The translations under genes and the position numbers were made by a program. 64,000 bases of DNA. Source: Octopus vulgaris (Eukaryota). Of this stretch, positions 14,372-26,408 are shown one piece after another. The DNA lies in assembly GCA_951406725.2 (NCBI GenBank), contig OX597820.1:91326001-91390000 (forward strand). Direction: 5' to 3'. Numbering within the stretch: position 1 is the stretch's first letter; each line of letters opens with the position of its first letter. The notes below the pieces were generated by a model, which saw only the letters and a program-made list of their open reading frames with translations, made no database searches and was not told where the DNA came from.

Positions 14372-14377
<6 letters not shown>
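14308..14377 (+). mobile_element. tRNA-derived SINE head (Pol III A and B boxes)
   Basis: A box TGGCGTAGTGG at 14308, B box GAGTTCGATTCC at 14351-14362; followed directly by (AAT)n(AAC)n. Confidence 0.75.
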
Positions 14378-14431
<54 letters not shown>

Positions 14432-14461
14432 GAGTAATAATAATAACAACAACAACAACAA

Positions 14462-14639
14462 CATCGAAAAATACCTTAGGAATGAGGACCCAGGTTCGAA
14501 ATTTCCCCAAGACACCTGATGAAGGTTGGAGGGTGTATCAGCCAAAACGTTGTGTTAACAACAAACAAGATGAGTACACATATCCATCAAATGTAAATAA
14601 TGCACATAATTCGCCATCTCTTAAATATAGAACTGTATT
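14462..14639 (+). mobile_element. Hammerhead-bearing unit resembling a Penelope pseudo-LTR
   Basis: ACAC-CUGAUGA(14516-14522)-A-GGUUG..CAGCC-AAAA-CGUU-GUGU; GAAA is mutated to AAAA in this copy. A further fragment of the unit lies at 49675-49714 (-). Confidence 0.75.
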
Positions 14640-14667
14640 AACAACAACAATAATAATAACAGTAATA

Positions 14668-16220
14668 ATGTAAAAGCTACCTTTATCAAAAGATAAATGA
14701 CAGAAACATCTAACGTTAACCTTAACCAGCAAAATGTCATAAAGGAGTTAGAACCAGAGGAGAACTACAAATGCCTAGTAGTGTATGAATGGGACGGAAT
14801 CAAATATTCAGTAATGAGGGAAAGGATCAGAAGAGAATGTTATCACAGGGTAAGTGCAATACTCAAGACAGAGCTGAATGCAAGAAACAGGATCGAAGCA
14901 ATCAATACTTTAGCCATACCAGTCATGATTTACAGTTTAAATTTCATTAACTGGTCAATTACTGCAATATGTAATCTTGACAGAAAAATACGAAAATTGT
15001 TGACAATGCATAGAATGCACCACCCTAAGGCAGATGTAGAACGACTTTATCTGCCATGGAAAGGAGACCATGGACGTTTACAATTGGAATCACAATGAAG
15101 ATTGCCACAATTGGCCTAGATACCTACTTGAAAAACTTTGAGGATTGGATGTTAAAACTTGTCTCAAAACATGAAAACACGAAAGCATCATACTCAGTAA
15201 CAAAACATGTAGAGGATTATATAAGTGAATTCCAAATACAACAAATTCTGGAATTAGACGTACCAGAAACAAGCACAGAAAATGCTAAGCGTATGAAAAC
15301 CCGTGCTAAAACTTCTGCCTTAAATATTCTTACTGATAAATGACAAGAGAAAGCTCTCAATTGCAAATACCCAAAGAGAGCTAATAATATTGACAAAAAC
15401 CCTTACCCATCAATGGTAAGTGGTTTCTGGCTTAAAATCTGAAACAGAAGGGTTTATCATAGCAGACCAAGATCAATGCCTACCTACAAGAAACTACCAG
15501 GCCAACATATTAAAGAACGGCAGCTGCACACATGTCAACAACAAAATGAAACCATTGATCATGTTGTCGCCATGTGCACTCTTCTTGCGCCTGCAGAGCA
15601 TCTCAAACAGGCATGATAAAGCTTCACAACATATTCACTGCGTTATTTGCAAAACTTGTACCTCCCCCATGATAAAAAAACCTGGTGGGAACACAAACCA
15701 AGTCCAGTGCTTGAAAATGATCGCATCTAACTCCTCTGGAACTTCATGTTTCAAACTCACAGAATGAGATATGGAACTAGGCCAGACATTATATTGTAAT
15801 ACTTCAGACAAAAATCATGCCACCTCATTGATATGACTGTCTCAATTGATTTAAATATATCTTGTGGAGCCTCGAGACTAAAACAGTACCTGTTGCATAG
15901 GTACCCAAGGAATGATAGCAAAAGGGGTTGATTATTACCTAACTCAGACACCAGGAAACCCCCAAAATGGCAGAAATTCAAAAGATAGTGCTCATGGGAA
16001 CTGTCCATATCCCACGTAAAATACTGTCTATGTAATCTCAAATTTTAAAACACTTATAATTTTGTTTTCTTAAACAATCTCTAGAACTATACTATGTACA
16101 AAGGCAAATATATGACACCCTAAGTATAATACCAACATGAACTTCTAACTTGTCTTTTGAGGTCTCTGGGTGAGACTTGGAGCCAACTTATGCCAATACA
16201 AAGCAAAAGTCAAACATATA
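14668..16220 (+). mobile_element. 5'-truncated R4/Dong-clade LINE, copy 2 (RT thumb region to RLE domain and 3' UTR)
   Basis: ORFs 14697-15098 (YK.L...RV.AILKTELNARNRIEAINTLAIPV..YS...LDRKIRKLLT..RMHHPKADVERLYLP), 15056-15343 and 15420-15767 (SETEGFIIA.QDQ.LPTRNY); 3' UTR homologous to copy 1; (AAC/AAT)n tail. Confidence 0.88.
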
Positions 16221-16512
16221 AAACAACAACAACAACAACAACAACAACAATAATAATAATAATAATAATAAGGGCCACCAAATCTGGTTTCATTTGTATA
16301 CCCGCATGATTTAAAGTTGTAAGTTGAAAATCCAGAATCACTTCAGAACTGAAATCAACTACGCAAGAAGTGTTAAAATTTTTACAATCTACACCCCTAT
16401 AAAATATTTAAAGTGTAGCCGATACTTTAAAAAATGAGAAAATTAGAAACGCCCCCAAGAGAATATATGTTACTGCAAAATACACCCATTAAACACCTAA
16501 ATACATCAGTGG

Positions 16513-16513
<1 letters not shown>

Positions 16514-16573
<60 letters not shown>

Positions 16574-16607
16574 TAATAATAATAATGATAATAATAATAA
16601 TAATAAA
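16514..16607. repeat. (AAT)n microsatellite forming the tail of the minus-strand CR1
   Basis: Read directly; adjoins the CR1 3' UTR. Confidence 0.9.
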
Positions 16608-17226
16608 ACATTGTGTACAGTGCTCAGGTGTACTACAACTCATCTAAAGTGTATGTATAGTACATAGGGTAATGTACAAGCGTCAGGAAAAGAACAGTGC
16701 ATGAGTCATGACATACACTTATGTGTATGAGTATGGAAGGGGGACAATCAGGTGTAGTTTCGGCGGATTTCGAAAAGCATGAGGGCCTTAAAGGATGCAG
16801 TGTCATGGCAGTCAACAACTGACGTAGGCAGTTAGTTCCATGCTTCAGCAATTCTGAGCGTGAAAGAATGTTCCCGAAAGTCATGGGAGCTGTGCTGCTT
16901 TCTGACTTTGTAGGCATGTCCACGTGTGTTGGACACATCGAGATCAAAAACGTGTTCAGTGTTGTTGTTGGTGAGGTGGTTGATAACTTTGTGGGTGTTT
17001 ACCAAGTCCATCGCCAGACGCCGGAGCTTCAATGAATCCATGCCCAGGGAAACAAGGCGCTCAGAGTATGGTAGGTGTCTGATGAAGGGCATGCGTTTGG
17101 TTGCACGTCTCTGAACAGATTCCAGGAGGTCAATGTTCTGAGCAAGATGGGTGTTCCAAACTGATGATGCGAATTCCAAGTGTGGTCGTACCATAGCTGA
17201 GTACAGCTTTAAATAGATGGCTGGAT
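16608..17226 (-). mobile_element. CR1-type LINE 3' fragment
   Basis: ORF 16832-17194: VRPHLEFASSVWN...LESVQRRATK...LPYSERL..LG..SLK.RR...DL...NTRGH.YK......F..R....WN, a typical CR1 ORF2 C-terminus. Confidence 0.9.
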
Positions 17227-17559
17227 ATATATATAAACATAATTCCTAAGAACTGGTAACTATAAACATTCACCAACGGTACCGTACAGAAAACCTACAA
17301 TAAATAATGTTTACCCACATCTACATAAGTAAACAGATACTTGCTTACAAATACTATAACATATATAAAAGAGAAAGGCACTCTATGCAAATGATGTTGC
17401 TTTCTGTACTGTGTTACTAGCACGTGACCTTGCTATAAATCTGTACAATGCTATGAAATATAATCAGTAATAAAAGCAACGATAGTAATTTGGGATAAAA
17501 GGAAAAACAGAACATTATTTTCTTCTTCCCAGTAACTTCATGTGTTGGGACCACTATCA

Positions 17560-19310
17560 AAGTACTTGTAGCCGGAGATAGGAAAGCCTTAGTAAAAAAA
17601 CTGCATACTGGATTGGTCGTCGCCTTTATAAAATGGAACATGTCCTCGCCCTCCCAGAGTCAAATTAGTTTGGAATGTCGAAAAGATTACTAATGGCTTG
17701 ACCACTTCCGTAAATCAAGGCATGAAAACTCCCTCTAAAAGGATAACTCCAAGCAAAAGCCTTTCAAGTACACCATAATCATTTGATCAAACTTGGTTGG
17801 TAAATGGAGTAATTTTCTCTCCAGAAGCGATGGAACAAATACTCCCAAAACTACAATGTTGATCTAAAGCTTTTCGTGAAATCTATCAAGAAACGGGATA
17901 GCTTTTTAACTATAGCAAAACAGTCTAGTGACCCTGAAACAGAACCCTGAAAAATTCGTTAAATCCGCATTCTTTGATGGAAATTCATGAAAAGTACAAC
18001 GTAAATCAAAACAAGACTGCCTTAATCAAGGCACTAGACCCAGAAGAAAGAACTTAACTAATTATGTGTGTAATGGAGATGGAATCTGGGACCTACAAAT
18101 GCACGTAAAGATACGGAAAGAATATTATCGACAGTTATAGCTAACCTAAATACGAGAAGCAGGATCAATGCTAGCGATACCTTGGTCATACAATTTACGA
18201 TTTAGAACTAAAACATCTTAAAATGTTTCATCAATTACATCAATAAAATTTAACAAAAATAGGCAAGTTTTTCAAATGTACCGTATGGGTCATTGAAAGG
18301 CAGATTTAAGCGGGTTATATATCCCGCGAAAGGGTTGATAACGTGAAATGATGAAGCTGAAATAATCACTTAAGACAGTAGCCATAGGCTAGACATTTAA
18401 CAATAACGATCGGATGCTTGAACTTGTCTGCGCATAAGTGCCAAGAGACTACTCAGTATCAGAAGAAAATATGTAAAGGGAATAAAGATCGTTGAGACAG
18501 GTGCGAGTAAATGAAACAGAAGAAACCCCTATGAAATCTAGTCAAATTAAATCTCAAGCTAAATCAAATTCAAATAGAATCGTGGAAATGCATAATATAT
18601 TGAAAAGGCATTACGTAATAAATAACCCATTATAGACATTGACAACCACCTATCAATGGTTGGCTATTATAGACAACCATCTCAGTGGTTGGCTGTTTAC
18701 AACAGCTTAGGATCAGTGTTTGCCCGCAAGAAATTATCTAGATAACATTTTTACAATTGGTGCTGACCCTACCTGCCCCTTTTGTGGTACAACTCGAGAG
18801 AAACTGACGACTTCATCCGTATCTGCTACGTGCTAGCCTAAGATGGGTATACGAATCACCATGGTAGACTTGTACAGTATTTGCACTAGTTCATATGCTG
18901 TCAGCTCAAACTCTCATATAAGAAGAACTGGTGCGACTATAAAATAATTCTGTTATCTGGGTCAGTACTATTCAAACTCACTGTATTATTCAGGTTGATA
19001 CACGAAATATTTCGGTGAAAAATTACCGTAACAAAGTTTGTTTGCTCAAAGAAATATCAATTCTAGTCGACTTCAAGAACACCGTAGAAACGCCTGAAAA
19101 GTTAAAAGTAAATACAAACACATTGAACTGGAAATTTCAAACCTGTAGGATCTATAAATGAGAATTATAACTGTAATTATCGGAGCCTTGGGAATGGGAA
19201 TGATACTAAGTGGCACTCATAAATGCTATGGTCAAAATACCAGGAACCTCCCAAAGTATCAAAATTAGAGAAAAAAATATTTTCATGGGTACATGAAGAA
19301 AAAACTGCCA
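17560..19310 (+). mobile_element. Older, heavily decayed R4/Dong-like LINE copy
   Basis: Nucleotide similarity to copy 2 (gcagatttaagcgggttatatatcccg; gatcagtgtttgcccgcaagaaattat; atcggagccttgggaatg; ataccaggaacc); no ORF. Confidence 0.6.
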
Positions 19311-19515
19311 ACCAAAGAATATTTCAAAATCTTTCAAAATATTTCAAGTTGTCAAATATAACAAAATCCTTTTAGCGAAATTTTCCTTCTCAGTGTTTTG
19401 TATCCTTTCCTTTAAAAATATATCGTTGCTCATCATAAGTAACACCCAGAATAAAATGTCCAGCTTGATGATAATAAAAATCCTGGAAAGCTTTAGAACA
19501 GCACGTATAACAACA

Positions 19516-19553
19516 AAATAATAATAATAATAATAATGATAATAATAATAATA

Positions 19554-19613
<60 letters not shown>
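19516..19613. repeat. (AAT)n followed by (ATT)n microsatellite (self-complementary pair)
   Basis: Read directly from the sequence. Confidence 0.9.
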
Positions 19614-19614
<1 letters not shown>

Positions 19615-20179
19615 AACAGTGCGATATAGTTTCAAAACATGATAAAAAAATTTCAAAAGACAGAGAAATTTTAAAAATAGGTACTTTAATCATTGCATTT
19701 AATCTTCCCTGTTTGAAGAAGAAGTTGAATAGCATAAACATTTAAAAAAGTACTCGAGGATTTAAAATGTTCTAGTGTTATAATTGTCTAGAACAAAATG
19801 AAATACATTGTTTACTGTATTTGTCACCCAACTATTATGAAAAAAGCAAATTTAATTTTAGATAAACTCAAGGATAGAGGTATTTATCAAATGTCAGCGC
19901 ATGGCGAAGTTCATTTTAGTTGATTTGATTCGAGCAGTTGACCAGAGTATAATATTTTGCTGATGATATATCCCTAACACATTTTAAATAAACGCAAAAT
20001 GCGGAAGATTTTTGATAAAACATTCTAAATCCATTAACCCAAGCTCCCCTCAAACCAATGAAAGGAAAATTTTCACTCTTGATGTGCATGGAAAAACCCG
20101 ACAGTCTACTCTGTTGATCTATCGTGGACACGTGTAACCAGTTATTGGCAAAACAATAATAATAACTTATCAATATTTG

Positions 20180-20378
20180 AAGACGGCGAGCTGGCAGAAT
20201 CGCTAACATGCCGGGAAAAACGCTTTAGCGGCATTTCGCCCGTCCTTACGTTCTGAATACAAATCCCCCCGAGGTTGACTTCCCCTTTCATCCTCTCGGG
20301 GTCGAGAGGATGAAATAAGTACTAGTTGAACACTGGGGTCGTGCCATAATTGCTGGTCTTGTGCCAAAATTTGCAACC
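20180..20378 (+). mobile_element. tRNA-derived SINE (abundant family), degraded
   Basis: ggcgagctggcagaatcg...cctttcatcctctcggggtcga...cactggggtcg. Confidence 0.7.
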
Positions 20379-20464
20379 ATCATCATCATCATTATTATTG
20401 TTGTGTTGTTGCTGATATTGCTTGTTTTGCTATCATTAAGACCAATTACAATGACTATGTACGA

Positions 20465-20608
20465 ACTAAGAAGCTTGTTTCCCAAACACGTGGTTCCGGA
20501 TTCTGTTTCACAGCGTGACACATTGGCCAAGTGTCTTCTACTACAGAATTGGGCCGACCAAAGACTTGTGAGTGGAACTGGTAGACGGAAACAAAAAAGA
20601 AGCCCGTC

Positions 20609-20680
<72 letters not shown>

Positions 20681-20895
20681 ATTTATCTGTGTGTCATTGT
20701 GTCTGTGTTTGTCCCCACCACCATCGTTTGACACGGATGTTGCTGTGTTCACGTCTCCGTATCTTAGTGGTTCGGCAAAAAGACCAATGGGGTTAATACC
20801 GTGCTTACAAAGAATGAGGCTTGGGGTCGGTTTCTTCAAATAAAAGGCGGTGCTCCAGCATGGCCGCAGTCAAATGACTGAAACGAGTGAAAGAA
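20465..20895 (+). mobile_element. tRNA-derived SINE with internal (TA)n/(TG)n microsatellite (second family)
   Basis: Homologous to 37435-37830 and 56965-57387; ends aaggcggtgctccagcatggccgcagtcaaatgactgaaac. Confidence 0.8.
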
Positions 20896-22113
20896 TAATA
20901 TAATCATTGGTGACAAAAATGGAAATCGTAGCCTCGATACAAATATTATATCGAAAAGCAAACAGGAAAATACTTCTCATATAACAATTATGAATCACGA
21001 TTAACAAAAATATTCTACTAAGAAAAATTGAAGAAGAGACTTTTATTTTAAAGAAAACTGTAGAACGTGAACCTACGATACGGATGTAAATAAAGATAAT
21101 ATAACGACTATGAATATCTGAAAGCACTTGGGCGACAACATTTAATTATATAAGGTTTAATGTTAACTATTAAAGTGGACATAATTATGTATGTAACGAA
21201 TCTAGTTTAGAGACATAAAGTATTCAGTGTAGTAAACATGTAACCTCGTAACCGCATATATATCGACTGCAAGGAATCTTATAAGTAAATTATATAAAAA
21301 ATAAAATCTTATAAAATATATGTTATCATTATAGAATTATAAATAGATAAAGGAATATACTGGAGAATAGAAGAGATGTTACCTGAAGGTAATTGGGAAA
21401 AACAGATATACATGGGCTGTGGCGTTGTATTAAAATGTAGATTTGTAAAGAATTTCCGCTGCTGGAGTCAGGGGTAACAAGATGTAATAATTTTTACGAT
21501 AGAGTTTGGTATATTATTGCCATCGGCTAGTCTGCATAAAAAGTAAAATAACAAATGCATACCGCTGTAACTAGAATAAATATTAAATCACATGTTTGAA
21601 GCTGCTTCGAAATTGCATTCAAAAAATGATTGGACGTATCAACGACAGCATATAAATGTACAGGATTATTGTTAGATACATATGTACATACATCTTCATA
21701 CATAATTGCAAGTATCACATACGCACATACATACACAAGCATAAAATGGAGATGCAAGTCTACCGGCCTATTGACGTGAATTACATTAAAAATTTAAGTA
21801 GACATGTCCTATTATACAGTCTGCAGAGAAGTAAAAAATATTCTAAACTAATTTGATGTGTAATTAGACGCTTGAACATATGAAGTAGGTAGAGGGTAGG
21901 TTAATTATATAGCCTATTAAAATATACTGATAGAAATAAAGTAAATTCCAAATGATTCGATCTGTGGCTATGTGCTGAAACTAAAGCAATTATGGCGAGG
22001 AAGACACATTAGTCATTCAAAAACACACAACACCTGTTAATTTAAGCATTAGCGTCAACATTTTCGTTACTGTATCTGTGATCTCTTCACTAACACGTTT
22101 CCAATGTTGCTGT

Positions 22114-22175
<62 letters not shown>

Positions 22176-22176
<1 letters not shown>

Positions 22177-22378
22177 GTTAATCCAAACAAGAAAACACAA
22201 AAAAACACAGCAACGCGAGGACGTGGAACAAATAAAGTATTATTGGGCGCTCAGGAAAGAAGGGAAGGGGGGTTTAACGTTTCGAGCGGAGCTCTTCGTC
22301 GGAAACAAAGGAGAAGGAATGATCCCGAGAAGGGAAGATAGAGGAAACAAAATTGCTGACGGTGCTCACGAGGTCACA
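22176..22378 (-). mobile_element. ~195-bp (TA)n-embedded hammerhead-like element (copy 2)
   Basis: Reverse complement of 1782-1975; motif intact at 22272-22306. Confidence 0.8.
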
Positions 22379-22402
22379 TATATGTGTGTGTGTGTGTGTG
22401 TG

Positions 22403-22504
22403 TGTGGAGGTGCAATGGCCCAGTGGTTAGGGCAGGGGACTCGTGGTCGGAACACATACACCACAGAAACCGGGAAACCGGGGCAGGCTTGAATAGGGTG
22501 CATA

Positions 22505-22508
<4 letters not shown>
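22403..22508 (+). mobile_element. Short internally deleted or chimeric SINE
   Basis: Head tgtggaggtgcaatggcccagtggttagggcag (as in the 28.3-28.7 kb SINE) joined to tail gaacacata..gaaaccgggaaaccggg (as in the 26.4-26.9 kb SINEs). Confidence 0.6.
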
Positions 22509-22544
<36 letters not shown>

Positions 22545-22569
22545 TTCATGGCTCTGGAAACACAGTATA

Positions 22570-22890
22570 ACGTGTCCGATAAAATGTTAAAAACCAATCC
22601 TCCCGGTTTTGGCTTCAGAGTTCAAATTCAGCGGAGGTCGGCTTTCCACTTCATCGTTTAGAAGGGGACGAACTTGCAGAATCGTTAGCACGTAGCGAAA
22701 TTGCAGCGCTTGTGCCAAAATTTGAAACCAACATTTCTAAGTATGTTCTGAGTTCAAATGCTGCTGAGGTTGACATTGCCTTTCATCTTTTCGAGCCGAT
22801 AAAGTTAGTACAATTTGATCACTGGGGTCGATATAATCGATTTACCCCCACTTCCGAAAATGCTAGCCTTGTGCTAAAATTCCAATCCAG
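22570..22890 (+). mobile_element. Degraded fragments of the abundant SINE family
   Basis: gagttcaaat...gaggt(c/t)g...cctttcatctttt...cactggggtcgatataatcga. Confidence 0.6.
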
Positions 22891-24148
22891 TATTTTTTAC
22901 TATGCTTTTTAACTAAAATACCTATTTCCCTCCTTGCTGATTTTAAAATTCTACAGGAGGGCTAATTACTAAATTTCGGTTTTTGAGTTTTGAAGTGTGT
23001 GTCTACGTATGTGTGTATATTTGTATGTAATTATATACATATATGCAGATATGAAAATCGGATTGATACTGATAGTAAAAATGTTATAAGCATTTGAAAT
23101 GATGTAATTTCAGACATTCGTAGTATTCATTGCCTCATTTATCGGAAGTTGTGGCTGTCTTAAGGGGAAATCATGCTGAACCAATATTTAGACTCTCGTC
23201 CAGCTAAAAATAGCATCCAAATCATCCTTAAACTACACAAGGACCTAAATTCACATCGACGATGAGTATGGTGCTGAGTTCGTATGTGTCATTAAAATAA
23301 TACTTTATTGAGCGCAAGATTCTAAAAACACTTTCTCTTTTCTAATAATGAAATTGTAAACAAATTTTGAAAGAAAGATGGTAGAAAAAAGGAATTGACT
23401 TCAAATGTTGTTATTCTATGAAGCGTAGTGTCGATGACGATGCTGATGCTAATCCTCCTGACAGTAATCTTCCGCCACAATCAGACTTTGTAAAACAAAT
23501 TTTACTACAAAGAAAGAGAAAGCTCAACATCTATGGCGCCCCGTAAGTGTTTCAAGTGGCGTGAGATCGATAAAAGTTCACATCCTCGGAAATTTACTTT
23601 AATTTAGGTATTATTAAGAACAATCAACAAGTGGGAATCACTGAAATCTGTCTCAAGCGAGAAAATAAACGGTACTGTGGCACATTGTGTTGTCTTTTTT
23701 GTTTTTTATTAGACGTTGTGACGTAGTCTAACGAAGATTTAGTTGCTATTTTTAGCAGCTTGAGAGACCACATAAAATCTAGTTGTACGCTGTTCCCATG
23801 GAGATAAACAGTCACGACTTACAGTATGTCTGGTAATGAAGGCTTAAACTGGCTGAAATTACTCAATTTTAAATGCTCGTAACTTTTTTATTATTAATTT
23901 CTAGAAAAAATGAATACGATTTCATCATCAGAAAACAAAACTACAACAGAAATACATTTTGGAAACAGAAGCCTGGTGTGAATTTGAAAAATTCTTTAAG
24001 TGGTTTGAATAAATTAAATAAAATCATGTGTGTGTGTGTGTGTGTGTAAAAAGTTTGAATTAGATTCGTCAACGATTTCTAATATTGATTCTTGATATTT
24101 TGCTGGTAGTTTACCGTCGTAAATTTGTGAATATGAAAATAATACTTT

Positions 24149-24934
24149 TATATGATGTGTTGTGAATTTATGGAAAGAAATCCCCAAAAACTCAACAATT
24201 TTACTAAAAATGGAGAAGAGAAGATGTTAAAATATAAGAGAAATTTAATTCATGCTGACGATTGTTTCGTACAATGATATAAAAATCATGCAAATTCATG
24301 GTTGAATTGTATAAATTAAATTAATTATAAATCAATGTACTTTTCAGTGCAAGAAGTATAAACAATTTTTTTACGAAGGACTTGAGAAAGGAAATAGCAG
24401 AACAGAATCTAGGAGATTCACATTTATCTTGATGAGAAAAAGAGATGTGAGTCCAGTTAGGTATTAACTATGAATAAAGGCTATAACGGTTATTTGAAAA
24501 TATAAGCAAAAGTGGTTTCGGAGAATTCCCTCTATAGATGAGTAAGAAGAATAGAGGGAACGTCTTTGAAGACACTTTTACTTATATTTTCAAGTAACCG
24601 TTATAGCCTTTAGTTATAGTTAATGCCTAACTGGACTTAGATCTCTTTTTCTCATAAGGATAAATATGAATCTCCTAGATTTTATTCTGGTATTTTCTTT
24701 CTCAAGTCCTTTATAAAAATTTTTTTCATACTTCTAGCACTGAATAGTACATTGATTTATAATTAATTTAATTAATTTAATTCAATTCAGCCATGAATAT
24801 GTATGTTTTTTATATCATTGTACGAAACGATCGTCTGCATGAATTAAATTTCTTTCGTATTTTAACGTCTTTGCTTCTCCATTTTTAATAAAATTGTTGA
24901 GTTTTATGGGATTTCTTTCCACAAATTCACTATA

Positions 24935-24944
<10 letters not shown>
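24149..24944. mobile_element. ~0.8-kb foldback (MITE-like palindrome)
   Basis: Arms ~24149-24535 and 24551-24944 are diverged reverse complements along their whole length; 15-nt loop; TA at both ends. Confidence 0.85.
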
Positions 24945-24981
<37 letters not shown>

Positions 24982-25075
24982 CATACACAGGTACAAAGTT
25001 TTTCTGAACTGTTAACTTACGGGAAAGTAAACGAACCAATGCCGAAGGTCATGCGGACAAATACAGAGGCACACG

Positions 25076-25147
<72 letters not shown>

Positions 25148-25164
25148 GTGTGTATATATTTAAA

Positions 25165-25324
25165 CGTATGTTGAGCCGGTGTTCGGTCAGAATCTGGGAA
25201 ACCGGGTGCAAGTCTCTTTAGACCATTGAAATCATAAAGACAGACCAGTAGAAACCGACATGTCTAAAAGGGAAACCTTAACATTTTTCTGAAGTCTTGA
25301 ATTTAAGCCTAGCCTCAACCGCAA
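25165..25324 (+). repeat. Left arm of a ~160-bp inverted repeat pair
   Basis: Reverse complement of 27097-27257. Confidence 0.8.
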
Positions 25325-25334
25325 AACCGTGTAT

Positions 25335-25371
<37 letters not shown>

Positions 25372-26094
25372 GAGAGAGAGAGAGAGAGAGAGAAAGATAT
25401 ATATACTGATATATACGATGGGCTTCTTATAGTTGCTTTCAACGAAATCCACTCAAATGGCTTTAGTCGGCCCGGAGCTATAGTAGAAGAAATTGCCTTA
25501 AGCTTCAGGCAGTGCGAATGAACGAGGGACTATGCAATTAGGCTTCAGAGTTTTGAATATAATTTCTTTCGCATCTATATAGGTCAGTCGTTCTGAGTGT
25601 TGTTGCCTGGAGCTAGTAGTATGTGATAGAATTTAGCACTGGGCTGAAATTCTTGTACTCCTTCTTCCTTCCTTCTCTTAAATTGGGTCACTTCTGGTCT
25701 CGTAGAGTACATCATAAGCAAGAATTTGTTACTTCAAAGAAGCGAATCTATCATGAACACAGAGTAGAGACAATGGGGGATGGGCTGATACAAAATGCTT
25801 AAAGGGGAAGAGATAGCAGCAGCGAGTGTAATACAGAAAATAGTAACAAATAAAGTAAAAGCAATTATGTAGCTGTATAAGAAATTTTGAAAGCGAAATT
25901 ACTTTTAGTTATTAAAAAATAAATAAATAGATAAACGAAAAAATAGATAAAGTATATTTTTAGAAATTAAGAAAATCTCGAACGCTATAGGATAACTGTG
26001 AAAGCAACTGTTCTCACTCGATGCTTCAATGTCTGTTTATAAAAATATCTCACAAATAAATAACGGGTTACATGAAAGACGTCAAATGATGATT

Positions 26095-26287
26095 TGAAAT
26101 TTTGTTACAAGCCCAACAATTTTGAGAGGCGGGGCAAATCGATTAAATCGACCCCAGTGCCTGACTAGTACTTATTTTATCGACTCTGCGTGTGTGAAAT
26201 GCAAAGTTAGCCTATGAACTCAAAACGTAAAGATGGATGAAATGATGCTAAGCATTTTGCCAACGATTCTGCCAGCTCACCGCTTTA
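26095..26287 (-). mobile_element. Degraded SINE (abundant family)
   Basis: atcgaccccagtgc...acttattttatcgac...ctgccagctcaccgc. Confidence 0.65.
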
Positions 26288-26408
26288 AATAATAATACTT
26301 TACGATAAATAATAATACTTTTTAACGTTGGCATAAAACGAGCAAGTTTTAGAGGAGCAAGCATGTCGATTTTAAACTTCAGCGGAATTTGCACTTATTT
26401 AATAACAT

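Noticed and set aside
14308-14377. Functional tRNA gene
   Set aside because: A and B boxes are present but no acceptor stem could be formed, and the sequence runs into a microsatellite, as expected of a SINE head.
14066-14732. Poly-Leu/Ile ORFs and the MRTQVRNFPKTPDEGWR ORFs
   Set aside because: Translations of (AAT)n and of the non-coding hammerhead unit.
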